A DNA stretch of 64,000 nt, from the NCBI GenBank assembly GCA_002269645.1, contig NIVC01002780.1:55359-119358 (forward strand), written 5' to 3'. Under the pieces are notes generated by a model. The model made no database searches and was not told the DNA's origin. It was given only the letters and a program-made list of their open reading frames with translations. The translations under genes and the position numbers were made by a program. Position 1 is the first letter of the stretch, and every line of letters begins with the position of its first letter. The stretch comes from Macrostomum lignano. Taxonomy: Eukaryota. This document shows, piece after piece, positions 13,112 to 41,733 of the stretch.

Positions 13112-14234
13112 TATATCTTTTTGTAATCTACGAGTAGTTGGCCAAAACTGCGATCAAGTTGGCCCAGATCGATGGCATTCGCTAGTCGACGCCTTCCAAG
13201 TTGAACTTAGAGCCCCAGATAACTTAGTTTTGGTCCGTCTGTACTGCTATCTTTCCCATAGCAGTCTACATAGGTGGTCGGCATCTCCTACCCTGAGGTG
13301 GTCTCGAACGCGGCCCTCTACCGACGAGCCGGCCTGCGACCACCCAGCGAGACCATCCGGCGGCGGCGGCTGCAGCTGGCGGGCCACGTGATCCGCGCGG
13401 AAACCTACTGCCCTGAACCGGTGCAGGACGTCCTGCTGCTCACGCTGCGGGGCCCCTGGCGCCGAGGGCAGGCCAGGACGCGCCGGTACGTGGACTGCCT
13501 GCTGGCTGATGCCGGTGTCATCGGCCAGACCAACGCTGCGGCTGCCTTCAGGGAGCAAGCCAGAAGGAGAGTGCTCTGACACTGCCGCCACGCTCTCACA
13601 TTTCCGTTTCTTTTCCCCCCTTTTTTGCTCTTCCGTCCCGTGCTGCCCCCTTTTCCTTTTGCTTTCTTTTGCGGCGGTGTACATGTATGTATGTATGTAT
13701 GTATGTATAGCAGTCTATTTCTCTAAGCTATTAATTTGACCGTAATCTGTGATCACTTATACCATAGCTGAAATCGCGGAGACTATGGCTCAGAGAGGCC
13801 TGCATACATGAAAATTTCAACTCTGGATCGCCAGAGGTTGCTGAGCGTCTTTGAAAATGGAGAAGACTGGCAAAGTCTCGGCCGGCTCTTGGGAATCGCA
13901 TGGAAAACAGTTACAAACATTATTCGGACTTTCACAGAACCTGGCCACCTCCGCACTCTGCCCCGAGGAGGTGTCAGGCGTTCGTCCCTAAGCGAAGCCG
14001 TGGTCGACAGCAACATGTCGCTTATTTCTTCTTCTGCGCACATGCAAAAACAAAATTGCTAAACAAACTTGATCGCAGCTTAAGCCTAATTGGTTGCAGT
14101 ATTTTTACACTGAGTCTAATGGCTTTCAGCTCAGCTCAGCTGGGTGAGCCGACTCGCGAGAGCGAAGAATTTCCTATCCCTGGCCAAATTGATCGCAGTT
14201 TTGGACAAGTACATGTAGATCGCAAAAATGTATA
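13112..14234 (+). mobile_element. Internally deleted Tc1/mariner (IS630-Tc1) element with N-terminal HTH remnant
   Basis: ~50-bp TIRs: TATATCTTTTTGTAATCTACGAGTAGTTGGCCAAAACTGCGATCAAGTTGGCC from 13112 and its imperfect reverse complement at ~14182-14234, both TA-ended. ORF 13808-14062 (ISTLDRQRLLSVFENGEDWQSLGRLLGIAWKTVTNIIRTF...TLPRGGVRR) resembles the paired-like HTH plus GRPR-type linker of Tc1 transposases. No DDE domain. Confidence 0.75.
13269..13706 (+). mobile_element. 5'-truncated RTE-type non-LTR retrotransposon (C-terminal ORF fragment, 3' UTR, (ATGT)n tail)
   Basis: The peptide VSNAALYRRAGLRPPSETIRRRRLQLAGHVIR...RRGQARTRRYVDCLLAD matches the RTE-clade C-terminal motif. It is followed by a pyrimidine-rich UTR and an (ATGT)n tail, and flanked by an 11-bp direct repeat ATAGCAGTCTA at 13258-13268 and 13707-13717 (TSD). 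Confidence 0.85.
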
Positions 14235-14272
14235 GTGCTATAACTCACTCAATACTACTACTGTGAGTAGCC

Positions 14273-16213
14273 TTATGAGTCAGCCCTGTGATAAATTGTA
14301 TTCATCAACGACGTCATAGAAGCTGAAAAATTTACGACGACATCCGGACGCCGCAAGGGCTCTGTAAGCTCGTCAACAGCTGCGCCACCCGCCTCAGGTG
14401 CTGCTTCTTCGGGTGTAGCATCTGGTTCGCAGTGTCGCTTAAACTCGTGGATGCAGGTAGCCGAGTGGAAACGATAAAACACCTGCAGCGGAACGGTCAC
14501 TAGCGACAGGACCAGCACTTCGCTCTTGGTATCCTCAATGAAGAACTGACTAAAGCACACCGTGTTGATGATCCATTCGGCAGCGTTCAGCAAAATCAGC
14601 AGGTTAAAAAGAGCTCGACCGTCCATGCCCCGACCGTTCGGGGCTCGAAATTTCCACAACAGGGAGCACTCGATGGCGTAGATTTGCATCAAGCTCTGAT
14701 AAATATTCAACCCGCAGCTGACGCCAAGTAAAATCTCATTGGTCAATTTCAAATTACTTTTTGGGTCGTACTTCTTGCTGGAGCACTTCACAATTGTGCC
14801 CCACAGTTTGTTGAACTCGTGAATGACAATTGCAGTAGCTCCCAACCACAGAAGCGATCGGTCTGTGAGATGGACTGTAGAAATCTGCTTTTTGTTTGCC
14901 TTGTTTAAGTAGTATGGCAACATGCTTGCGCACACGGCACCGAAAAAGTAGAGAAATATTAGTGAGCTTAAAAACACAGAGCGAATAGCGTCCTGACTCT
15001 TGACGTTTTTGTTAAAAAGAACAAAAGTGGATACAAGAAGCGCCAGAGCAGATAAACCAATTCCAATGGCGAAGCTAAAGAAGTATTTACGAATTATAAA
15101 TAACTCTGAAGAATAAGATCTAGCTGAAGTCTCAGGCTTCGAGTTTGACTTCAAAAGGGATCGAAGGTCAACTTCTCGAGCTTGGTCAGCTTCCAAGTCA
15201 GACAGCTCACCGATGTGAATTCGAAGAAAGGTCCCAATGCGTCCTGCATTGGCAACTAGATTGAAAGCCATCAGAGCGCCCATGACGTAGTACTCCACCC
15301 CGAACTGATAAAGCAAATTTGAGACCATTTGAATATTATTCGCCTTGCAAAACGAAGTTCCATTGCCAGCGCCATGTGAATACTCAAAGGCTGGCTGCTT
15401 GCTCTGCTCATCATTTAGAATTTCTCGTAGCTCTATGCCAACATTGAAGAACCAGGATGCAATATTCGTAGCCAGGAGCTGGCATCCACAAAACCAAGTA
15501 GCAGAAAGCTTCCACTGGGCTGAGTGGCGAAAGTGAATAACAAACAGCTTCGTCTGCATGATGATGAATATTGTCAGCAGGGCGCGTCTGAACACATCAG
15601 GCAGCTTTTCTCCAGGTTTAGACATCGAATCAATAATGCCGCACGTGATGTCGATCCCAGACTCCAGGCAGAATGCCGCGGCGAATATAATGAATGTCAA
15701 AATGAACAGCGCTGAAGGGTAGCTTCCAACATGTTTTGGAATTTTTATGTACCGGAGAACATTTTGGAAAATAATGAGTCGGCTCTCTTGCCTGGGATGG
15801 GGCGCAGTGGCCTCGGGAATAGTTCCATCGATGAGCACGGCTTTCTCAATGTAGATTATTGCAGCGATGCCAAGCATCAAATACGTGCACTTGATGAATA
15901 AACAAGCGTATTCGTTTAAACTGAGATTGCCCGTGAGTTTTGTCGAGTTAAACAATTTTCGGGAAGCATTTGGATTCATGGAGAAGTTTGGCTGAAGCAG
16001 GCACCGACTTCGCTGCTCAAGGGATTCGATGTTCATCTCTGTTTCAATCAAGGTGACAATAAATCCTATAGCAATCAAACTCAATGAATACACTAGGCAC
16101 TTTAATTTTACCGAAGGCTCGACCACAATGCTCTTTTGGGATTTATCGCTTCTAGGGCCCGGATGTCTAGCAGAATATGACGATGATTGGAGCAAACTCT
16201 GACGAGATTCCAT
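14273..16213 (-). CDS. OTOP: Otopetrin-family proton channel, single exon, 646 aa
   Basis: Uninterrupted ATG-to-stop ORF with many hydrophobic segments and otopetrin motifs: NIASWFFNVGIE, LLYQFGVEYYVMG (cf. LFPCxIEYSLI), LNAAEWIINT and VPLQVFYRFHSATC (cf. PLxIFYRFHS). Confidence 0.88.
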   Translation of the reverse strand: MESRQSLLQSSSYSARHPGPRSDKSQKSIVVEPSVKLKCLVYSLSLIAIGFIVTLIETEMNIESLEQRSRCLLQPNFSMNPNASRKLFNSTKLTGNLSLNEYACLFIKCTYLMLGIAAIIYIEKAVLIDGTIPEATAPHPRQESRLIIFQNVLRYIKIPKHVGSYPSALFILTFIIFAAAFCLESGIDITCGIIDSMSKPGEKLPDVFRRALLTIFIIMQTKLFVIHFRHSAQWKLSATWFCGCQLLATNIASWFFNVGIELREILNDEQSKQPAFEYSHGAGNGTSFCKANNIQMVSNLLYQFGVEYYVMGALMAFNLVANAGRIGTFLRIHIGELSDLEADQAREVDLRSLLKSNSKPETSARSYSSELFIIRKYFFSFAIGIGLSALALLVSTFVLFNKNVKSQDAIRSVFLSSLIFLYFFGAVCASMLPYYLNKANKKQISTVHLTDRSLLWLGATAIVIHEFNKLWGTIVKCSSKKYDPKSNLKLTNEILLGVSCGLNIYQSLMQIYAIECSLLWKFRAPNGRGMDGRALFNLLILLNAAEWIINTVCFSQFFIEDTKSEVLVLSLVTVPLQVFYRFHSATCIHEFKRHCEPDATPEEAAPEAGGAAVDELTEPLRRPDVVVNFSASMTSLMNTIYHRADS

Positions 16214-18671
16214 ATGAGCTTGCTGTAAATACGATAATTGACTTCATTAAGTTGACTTTGCAGAGAGATGCTTGCCCAGGACAATTAGTTCTTCGTTTTC
16301 TTAAATTAAAAGCTTTTCCGTCCAGACGTTCTTGTGTTTATATATTGTCTGCTTTACAAACTGCAGCCACTGCAACAGCAACCTCAACTTGGCTATTCAG
16401 CATTCCCAGCAGTAAACCAACAGGATGTGAACCAATTGAATGTATGTTGTCGGACGAGCTGCACACTTTCCCGCACTCGTGAAAACCACTTAGAATTAAA
16501 ATGTAAACAACATAAACCAGATATGCCCGAGCATCCGGTTAGCTGCAGACTGCAGTGTACCTGTGCCCGCCAGTCTGACATGCTTCAAAAAGGCGACTTA
16601 GTTTAACACACATAATGCATGAAAAAATGCTACCAAGACCACGAGTGCCACATCCCAAATTTGAATTTGATGAGCGAGCCCAAGTTATTGAAGCTTCTAA
16701 AGCTTTCTTCTACTGACCCTTTCGCCCTGTCTCAATACATTCTCCAGGCTGGCTGTGTCTCTTCTACTTTAATTAAACAAATGAAAGCTGATTTGCATAA
16801 TCAGTCACTGCAACCCGGCCTGTCAGGACGGGGCTTTTCAGTGGCCGAATTGCTCAGTTCCTCACTTCTTTACCGCTGCATTAGGGCGGTCATTCTTATA
16901 GCCAGCTCTCATCCTCGGTCCACATCCTCATGAGGAAGCCGGGGTGGGCCGCATTCTGCTAGCCTGAAACTGTGCAATTAAAGATAAGCCGTGATTAGGA
17001 GGGGGTTTCGTCCCGGGCCTCAACCACAGGCCCTCTCCCTGCCAGCGGGTCTCAGGCAGCTCGTTTCTCCCTAGGGCAACTCTATAGCGACAAACTGACA
17101 CCGGGAGTTTGAGCCGAATGGCAATAAAGAGAAGCTAAATGCTACTTCCTGGAGCCCGCATCAATCTTTCCGCGCTAATCGCATCCGCAACTTGATTAAC
17201 TCAGCGCCCGGAGCCTCCTGCGTGCTTGGACAGCAGGAGGGCACTTGACCGGCACTAATTTAAAGATAATATTTGACACAATGGCCCGGACAGAAGGAAA
17301 CGTGGCCACACGAAGGTTGATAATGACCTCCTTAATTAGCCTTCTTCCGTTGCTCGACCCTCCAGCCTCGTTGTAAAGCTGCTCTTTGGCTCACGCAGCT
17401 TTCCCATTTGTTCTCCGGCTACCAGTACAGTGTCAGCAGCTTCTGTGCCCCAATGTCCGTCCGGCTCTCAGGACTCACACGCCCCCCCCCCCTGCTGCTC
17501 CAACGAATGGCAGCGTTTCCCTTCCCGTCAGTGAGGATTTGAGCTGCCAACCTCGCTTTCCTCGAGCTGGAAACACAATCGGATTCGAACTCGCGCTCAG
17601 TTTGGATCCCTGCGAATCGAACTTGCTTTTCTCTGCTGCTACCGTAACGCTGATCGATAGATCAAGCAAGAACAGGGACAAAAAGCAAACAGTTCCAGAA
17701 CAGCTCCGGTATGTATGTGGTCGATTATTTTTGTTCCTGTTCTCATTTAAAACAGAAAAAAAATAACAAAGCAAATTCAAAGCAGATTCGAATCCATGAA
17801 ATTGTTTTACTAACCGACTGGCCTAAAGCAATTTCTAATTATCTCTGTTCTATAAAATTTTCACAAAAGGGCTTCTGCTTCAAGCATCTGCTTTCAGTTT
17901 CTGCTTCTTTTTGCTCCAGCTCGGGTAGGGACAAGCATGGTAGAATTCTCAACAGCCTTCACCTTACCCAGGCAGGGAGCTCTCGCCACGCTTCTGTTTA
18001 ACCAGTTGAAAGCTCCTACCCATCTCCTCTGCCTTCCCTGCCTTCTGCTTTCAACCGCCTCTGCCTCCCGGCCTCACCTTGGAAAATGCGCCACCTGACT
18101 ATTGCAGCCTCATCGATTTCTTCTCTCTACCGCGTGTGTCTCGCTCACGGCGAACCCCCCCCCCTCCCTTTCCTGGATGCATTCTCTCTGGGGGAGAGAG
18201 AAATGAAGAGTAGGAACTGGAGCTGGAGTAGGAACTGGAACCCTAGCTTGATGCAGCGCTCAGTTTTGCTTGCATTTACCCCTCCTTCCAGCATCCTCGC
18301 GGGAAAAAATGAGTTGCAGTGTAGGGATAGGGCAGGGTGAAACAAAACAGACCATTCTAACGATCCATTGGACGGAAGCGCTCACCTGCTGAGTCGCCAG
18401 CCATTGTTTTACTTCTTGCTTTTCTCTCCCCTACCAAGCCTCCCCTCTCGCCTCTTCCTCTTCTCCCCTTCTGTTAATACAGCAGTTGTCCCCCTACCGC
18501 CGCCTGCCTTACGCACAACTCCGAGGCCCAAGCGAGCAAACAGGCAGACTATATATAATACTCGTCACCAGCTGCTGAAATACTCGCCTCTCTCCTATCG
18601 TCAGTTCGCAGCATCCAACAGGCAGAGAATTCCTAGTCAACAACTGACAGATCAACCCATTGAAGGAAAGC

Positions 18672-36130
<17,459 letters not shown>

Positions 36131-37306
36131 TTTTTACCCTACAGCCTTCACCTGTTGGGCCAGTTACGAGCGTCCCTTCAATTCCTAGACTCAATCGCTT
36201 GTTGTTTTTTTAAAGATATTTAGCCCGGAGAATCGATTTTTATATTCAATGTGAGTAGCAAATGTAAGCAGCAGCTGTGTCAAAATGTTTATGCTACAAA
36301 GCATTCGTGTGGTATTTTTATCATCGGGCAAACAGCCACATGGCATCCTTTGAACATGGATAAGTGCGTTGTAGTTGTGCAAAACCATTCATCAATATTC
36401 CTGTATTTTCCGGCCCGCTGTATAAATGCAGCAAGTTGCGATCTTGTGTTGTAACAACATTACATTAATATTTACTGTTTGTGTCAAAGTTCGACTCGAA
36501 AGCATTTTTTTGGGATTTCAAAGTGGATACTGACGTAAAATGATCTCTTGAGAGTTAAGCGGTGCAGTAACTTCATCTGATGTAGTCGCTGAATGTCTAA
36601 TTTTGATCTTAAGTCACATTTTATGGACAGTTTGCAGAGTATGTGTGCTGTGAGTAAAGTTTCACGTGCCCAAGGTCGGGAACCATTGGAATCTAAATAT
36701 CTAGCTTTTTCAAGTCACAACAATTACGTTCGGACGCGAACCTGAGTCAGCTGGATGGGTTCTGATTTCGTGGTTATTTTTTTCCTGTTTTAATTTTTTG
36801 TTTTAATTTTTGTTTTCTGATACATTTCTGTTCGGCTTGCTTCGTTGTGCTTTGAAGTCCCCACATTTTTTAGCGTTGTTTTCTACAAGTGCTTGACTTG
36901 ACTCGTGCATCGCAAAGTTGTGCAGGCGCTCGACTCGGCCTGTCGGCACCCTTCACCCAAGATGCCTTAGGTTGATTTTACCCATAGCCTAGCTAATATT
37001 ATTATTATTAATACGCGTACGCACTGATACAGTACCGCTGAAGTTCGCTTTCGGTTGGCAAACACAAAGAAATATTAAGTACAACTGAAGGCGCTGCTTG
37101 ACCTAATACTGAAGTGAAAGCACATATTAAGTAAAGTGCAATCTGTCACCTTATATTATGCGTTAGTTGTCGTGCCGACTCCCCTTCTCCCAGAGTCCCC
37201 AGAAATTTTTCTAACAAAATATTTAATTTGCGCACTGAATATTGGCTGTTTAAAGCAATCCAATTGGAACGCACGTTTGTACTTTTGTGGTTATGAAACT
37301 AAATGA

Positions 37307-37312
37307 AATAAA
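37307..37312 (+). terminator. Candidate polyadenylation signal of PTB
   Basis: AATAAA about 1.18 kb after the PTB stop, at the end of a U-rich UTR-like stretch. Confidence 0.4.
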
Positions 37313-38209
37313 TCACAGATATTAAACCAATTCTATGGACGTTAATGTCAGCGTGAGAAATTACTTGTAAGTTTCTCTGTGACTTTCCTTTCGTCCAACT
37401 TCTTTATTTTGCTGCGCCTCAACGAATTTTGCTCTTCTCAAACAAGAACCAAGTCGCCAGCCCTCCGGACCGTCGAGATATTCAACGATTCTGCTACGAA
37501 AAGGTCGGATTTTTCCCATAAGCGCCAGTGTATTCAATATGTACACTCCTATGCACCAATGCGCCTCAGTGCGGCGTTGCCAAGCGTCCAAACTTCATCA
37601 GCACATCGGCACATCATCAACGCTAACTTTCGTTGGTCACTGGTCTTCACCCAGACGGAGCTTGTGGACCTTTAACAGGTGACACCAGGATGATTATGGG
37701 CACCCCAAAATTGCGAATTTCTATTGGTTCGCTGAGCAAGCCTCGACAGTGGGCAAATCACAACAGCTGGACATCCTCAGCTAGTCTCTCAAACACTCCG
37801 TCATCACTCCGACGCCGTTGGCACCTTCAACGTATGGCAACAGGTGACTATGGACACTCGAACGAGGTTTTCATCATTACCCTTAAACTCTGGAGCTAAA
37901 ACCGTATCTTGAAGATTTAATGAGCCTAATTTGCTCAGTTCCTGTGCAGCAAAAAACGTGTGTGAAGAAAATTCCCAGGAAAGGGTATTCCTACTGTTAA
38001 AATAGTCGATTGATTTTCAATTACAAGAGTCAAGACAATGGCTAAATTGCAGGTTGTACCATAGATCCACGGTGTTGTCTCCAGCCTGGCCTGGCCTCTC
38101 AGACTACACCAGGCGATCTACGAGCTATATTGATCCATGGAGAATGTAAACACAGCTATCTCCAGCAGTCACAGGACAGCACTCTATATTTTAGTATACT
38201 ATATATACT

Positions 38210-38502
38210 ACTACTAATAATAATTGATTACACCTGCCCCAATGGGCAGATGTGCAACCGACAGCCCAGCCGCAGCTATTGCGCGGCGCATCTGAAGACT
38301 GCGTACGGCTGTTCAGTTTAAGGACTGGGGGGTCGCCACACACACCCTCAATTACCCCAGCTAATGCTGGCACCCATTTTGCAGCTGGGTGATCTGAAGC
38401 AATGCAAAGTGTCTTGCTCAAGGACACAAATTTTTGGGTTGAGAATCGAACCCCGATCTTTCAGTCGTGATTCCGACGCTTTAACTATTAGGCTACAACC
38501 CC
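38210..38502 (-). mobile_element. tRNA-derived CORE-like SINE (copy 2)
   Basis: Closely similar to 25348-25651 along its full length, in the same orientation, with a (TAG/TTA)n-like tail. Confidence 0.8.
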
Positions 38503-38911
38503 TATTAGAGCGGAACCCCTTCTAGTGAATAGAGCAGAAAGCGATCTCAGGAAAAAGTGTGTGATGAAACAATAATTTGCGCTTGGTACAACGCAGAAAA
38601 AGTTTATTAGTGTGTCAAAAATCTGGCAATAGGTTAAAACCCTTGAAACTTTGGTGCCATGCTTTGTCAGTGGGAAATAAAGCAAATCATTTATTTTGTA
38701 AAAATCTAATAAGATAACAATCAATTAACAGTCGAGTTTTTAGGGAGAAAAGAGCCGGTCGTTGGGATCCTGCCGTGACTTTTTCCCTTTCTAAAGAGTA
38801 TTAAGTGCAAAGAGAGTATAGATATCACAAAAGCAAAAGTTATACCAGATTAAAACCGCTTGAAGATGTCTCTAATATTCTCGTACAAAGCAAAACTGAA
38901 TCGCTATTAGT

Positions 38912-39028
38912 TCACTTTGCCGGCCGTCTGGCCGCAGTTCCTGCCCCGCCGGCTCCCGATGGTCGTTCGCGCTCGTTTTTGTACTCGGATTCGACCTTCT
39001 TCTGAATCTCCTCCCATGACGGCACTTG
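38912..39028 (-). CDS. IFT80: IFT80 exon 3 (C-terminal helix)
   Basis: Encodes QVPSWEEIQKKVESEYKNERERP...-stop, matching the IFT80 xIDWEKIKAKIExE tail. Acceptor ttttgcag. Confidence 0.85.
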   Translation of the reverse strand, partial: QVPSWEEIQKKVESEYKNERERPSGAGGAGTAARRPAK

Positions 39029-41733
39029 CTGCAAAATGGGGGTTGGGAGGTTATATATATAGCTCGTATATGTATCCCGCAACCAGCACTGAGGGTAATT
39101 CGGCCGATTCCACTGACTCCTAAGCACATTACAAGCGCGCCAATACTGTGTGTACGCAGACATGTACTCATGCACACGCTCACTCAAGGTGTACAGCGGC
39201 CCAAATTTCTACTCGTCAGGGATGTACACACTCTGCGCCTTGGGGTTGGCCCTCATGGCTTTGAATTGCACGAATTCACATTGAATTCGGATAATCTACT
39301 CTTCTCTTGCCGTCAAAACGGATGCTTTCACAATTTTAAGCGAAAACGCAATTTTTCACGTATCCTACCTCGTCGGACAGCTGCTTGAACTTTGGCAGCG
39401 TCTCTTTTCGTCCGACCCGCTCTAGAAATTGTCTTCGATAAGCTAGCACAACGTCCACATGGACACGGTGCTTCTGAGCCAGGTCCAGTGCCCGCTCCCA
39501 GCTGTAGAGGCCCAGGTGCATCATAACTGCACGGAACAGCAGCCCAGCCTGCACCAACAACCCCTCTGCATCCTGGACATTGCCGGACAGTAGCAGCATC
39601 TCGGCATTGCAGGCCTCCTTCAGCGGCAGTGACCGGATGTACTGGATGTACTCGACCTTGTCCGGCTCGGCGATGGCTGCGAACGCCGTTTCGGCGGTAT
39701 CCAAATCTCGCTTAGCGATGCTCATGGCGGCCAGCACCGCCCAGAGCATCTCGTCGTCAACGAAATGGCACAGCTTGATGGCCTCGCGCCACTTGCCAAC
39801 GGATGTGTAACTGTGCAGAGTGCACGGATACGGCGAGATGCTCATCGTCACCGGCGTGCCGTCCGATTTGCGCACCGTGATGGATCGGCCCAGGAAGCCG
39901 ATCAGCTGCGGACTCTTGCCAAACTCCATGCCAGCGTCGCGCTCGAATACGGTTCGCCGAACTAAAGCGGCGTCCTGCAACGCAGCCGCAGGGTAATAGT
40001 ACACCAGCAGCTTGCTACCCGCCAAGCAGGCTAGCATGTTGGCTTCGCTGTTCCAGCACATGGATTCCACCATGGTGCCGATCTTGACAATACGCCGCTG
40101 TCCACCGTATGTGCGGACCTGAGAAAATTTGTTACAGAACATGAGCTTTCACATATGAGCCTAAAAGTAAACAGGATAAGTAGTCTTTTTGAAGAGGTCA
40201 TGCAACAATCTATGTCGTTAAACTTCATACTAGGCTCACCTGAGTGATGAAAAGGTCTCGATTGCGATCGATTATGGCGAGCTTGCGGTCAGTGGCTGGC
40301 CCGGATTGGTCCAAAGCGACTTCAGCCACCTCCGATTTGTGCATGATCGGCTTGCCGTCGCCAACCAGCCGGCCTGTGGCGGTGTCGAATGCGTACACAG
40401 CCTTCTCGTCGGACTTGTCAGCGAGCACAACAGTATCCGGACTAATTGAGCAAGTGAGGGGACTAAGTGTATCCGCGCGCATATCCTGATACCGTGGCGA
40501 GCAAATCAGCCGGCCTTCGTATGAGTACACATGCACCGATCCTTGGTCAACCAAGAGAAACTGCTTTTCGCTCATGTCAATCATAGTAACGCAGCCGCCT
40601 TTCAGATCAAATATCGTTGGGGTGTTCCAGTTGCGAGTCCCGTAGACGAAGCACTGGCTGGCGGTGCACACAACCAGATGGTTCCAGTTCAGACTAGCCT
40701 TCACGATACGGTCTCGAAAATCTAGCTTGTCCTTGGCATCGTCCAACACGTTACGAACCGAGATAGACTTTTCGCTTTCAATAACGGCCTCGATGTTTTT
40801 CCACTCGAGGCGTCGCCCAACCACCTGACAGAAGACGACGCGGCCGTTGCCACCAGCCGCAACCGCTTGGGTGCTGTCGCTGCTCCAGCACACGTTGAAG
40901 ACTGAGCCGCAGTCCAGCTTTTCCAAACTGTAGGACCAACCGCAGCGGTCGCACAGGCGAATGGAGTTGAAGCTGCCGACTAGAAACAGCTCTCCATCTG
41001 GCGACCAGCTGACAGAAGTTATTGGGTAGTCAGAGATAGGCGGGCTAGAATACACACATCTGCCGAATGAATCCCACAGCTTGTAACGGCAGTCTTCTGC
41101 CCCAGAAACGATAAGGTTGTTGATTGGATTCCAGTCCACTTTCAGTACCAGATTTTCATGAGCCTTCCAGGCGGTGGGTCGAGCATTTGGTTGTAGTGAC
41201 TTGAGCACAAGTTGCTTGCCTAGGCTGTACACTACCTGGTCAGAGTTAGCACTCCAGGAGCCAGAGTAGACTGGATAAGCATTCTGTGATAGCACAGAGC
41301 GAAGCATTCCGTTGCGTGACCAGATCTTCACGGCACCGTCCTCGCCACAGCTGAGCAGCATACTGCCGTCGTAGCTCCAGCGAACTGACAGAACGGCACC
41401 CGTGTGTCCGTCGATGACTTTCTCCACGCGGCCCGCCCTAGACATGATGTACAGCTTGCCATCCGTGGAACCCAACGCAAAAACCTCTGAGCCTGTGACC
41501 TTCTTGGACCCGCCGCCGCCGCCGCCGGATGTGACCGGCAGCCAGTGCATGTCCGTGGGGAAAACACCATCAGCCATCTTTGGTAGGGCCTGCGATTCCG
41601 ATGAATTCAGGTTCCATCGGATTAGCTGATGGTCGTCACCAGCAGAGATCACCTCCTCTGGACTGGCAAAGCCGACAGCGCTGACTAGGTCAGTGTGCTT
41701 CTGGTCTTTTGAAAGTTGTGTCTTAAGCTTCAT
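38912..41733 (-). CDS. IFT80: Intraflagellar transport protein 80 (WD40 IFT-B subunit), 3 exons (41733-40240, 40118-39369, 39028-38912), ~786 aa
   Basis: N-terminus MKLKTQLSKDQKHTDLVSAVGF matches IFT80 MRLK..L.KE.KH. It has WD40 repeats (HTGAVLSVRWSYDGSMLLSCGEDGAVKIWSR, WKAHENLVLKVDWN) and the C-terminal motifs LWAVLAAM and SWERALDLAQKHRVHVDVVLAYR. GT-AG phase-0 introns at 40239-40119 and 39368-39029. The ORF-track start at 41745 is TTG; the true ATG is at 41733. Confidence 0.95.
39369..40118 (-). CDS. IFT80: IFT80 exon 2 (250 codons)
   Basis: Encodes VRTYGGQRRIVKIGTMV...FKQLSDE. Donor GAG|GTAGGA. Confidence 0.92.
40240..41733 (-). CDS. IFT80: IFT80 exon 1 (498 codons)
   Basis: WD40 propellers, donor CAG|GTGAGC. 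Confidence 0.93.

Noticed and set aside
37361-37899. Small gene between PTB and IFT80
   Set aside because: Only short non-ATG ORFs on both strands, with no recognisable domain or splice chain.
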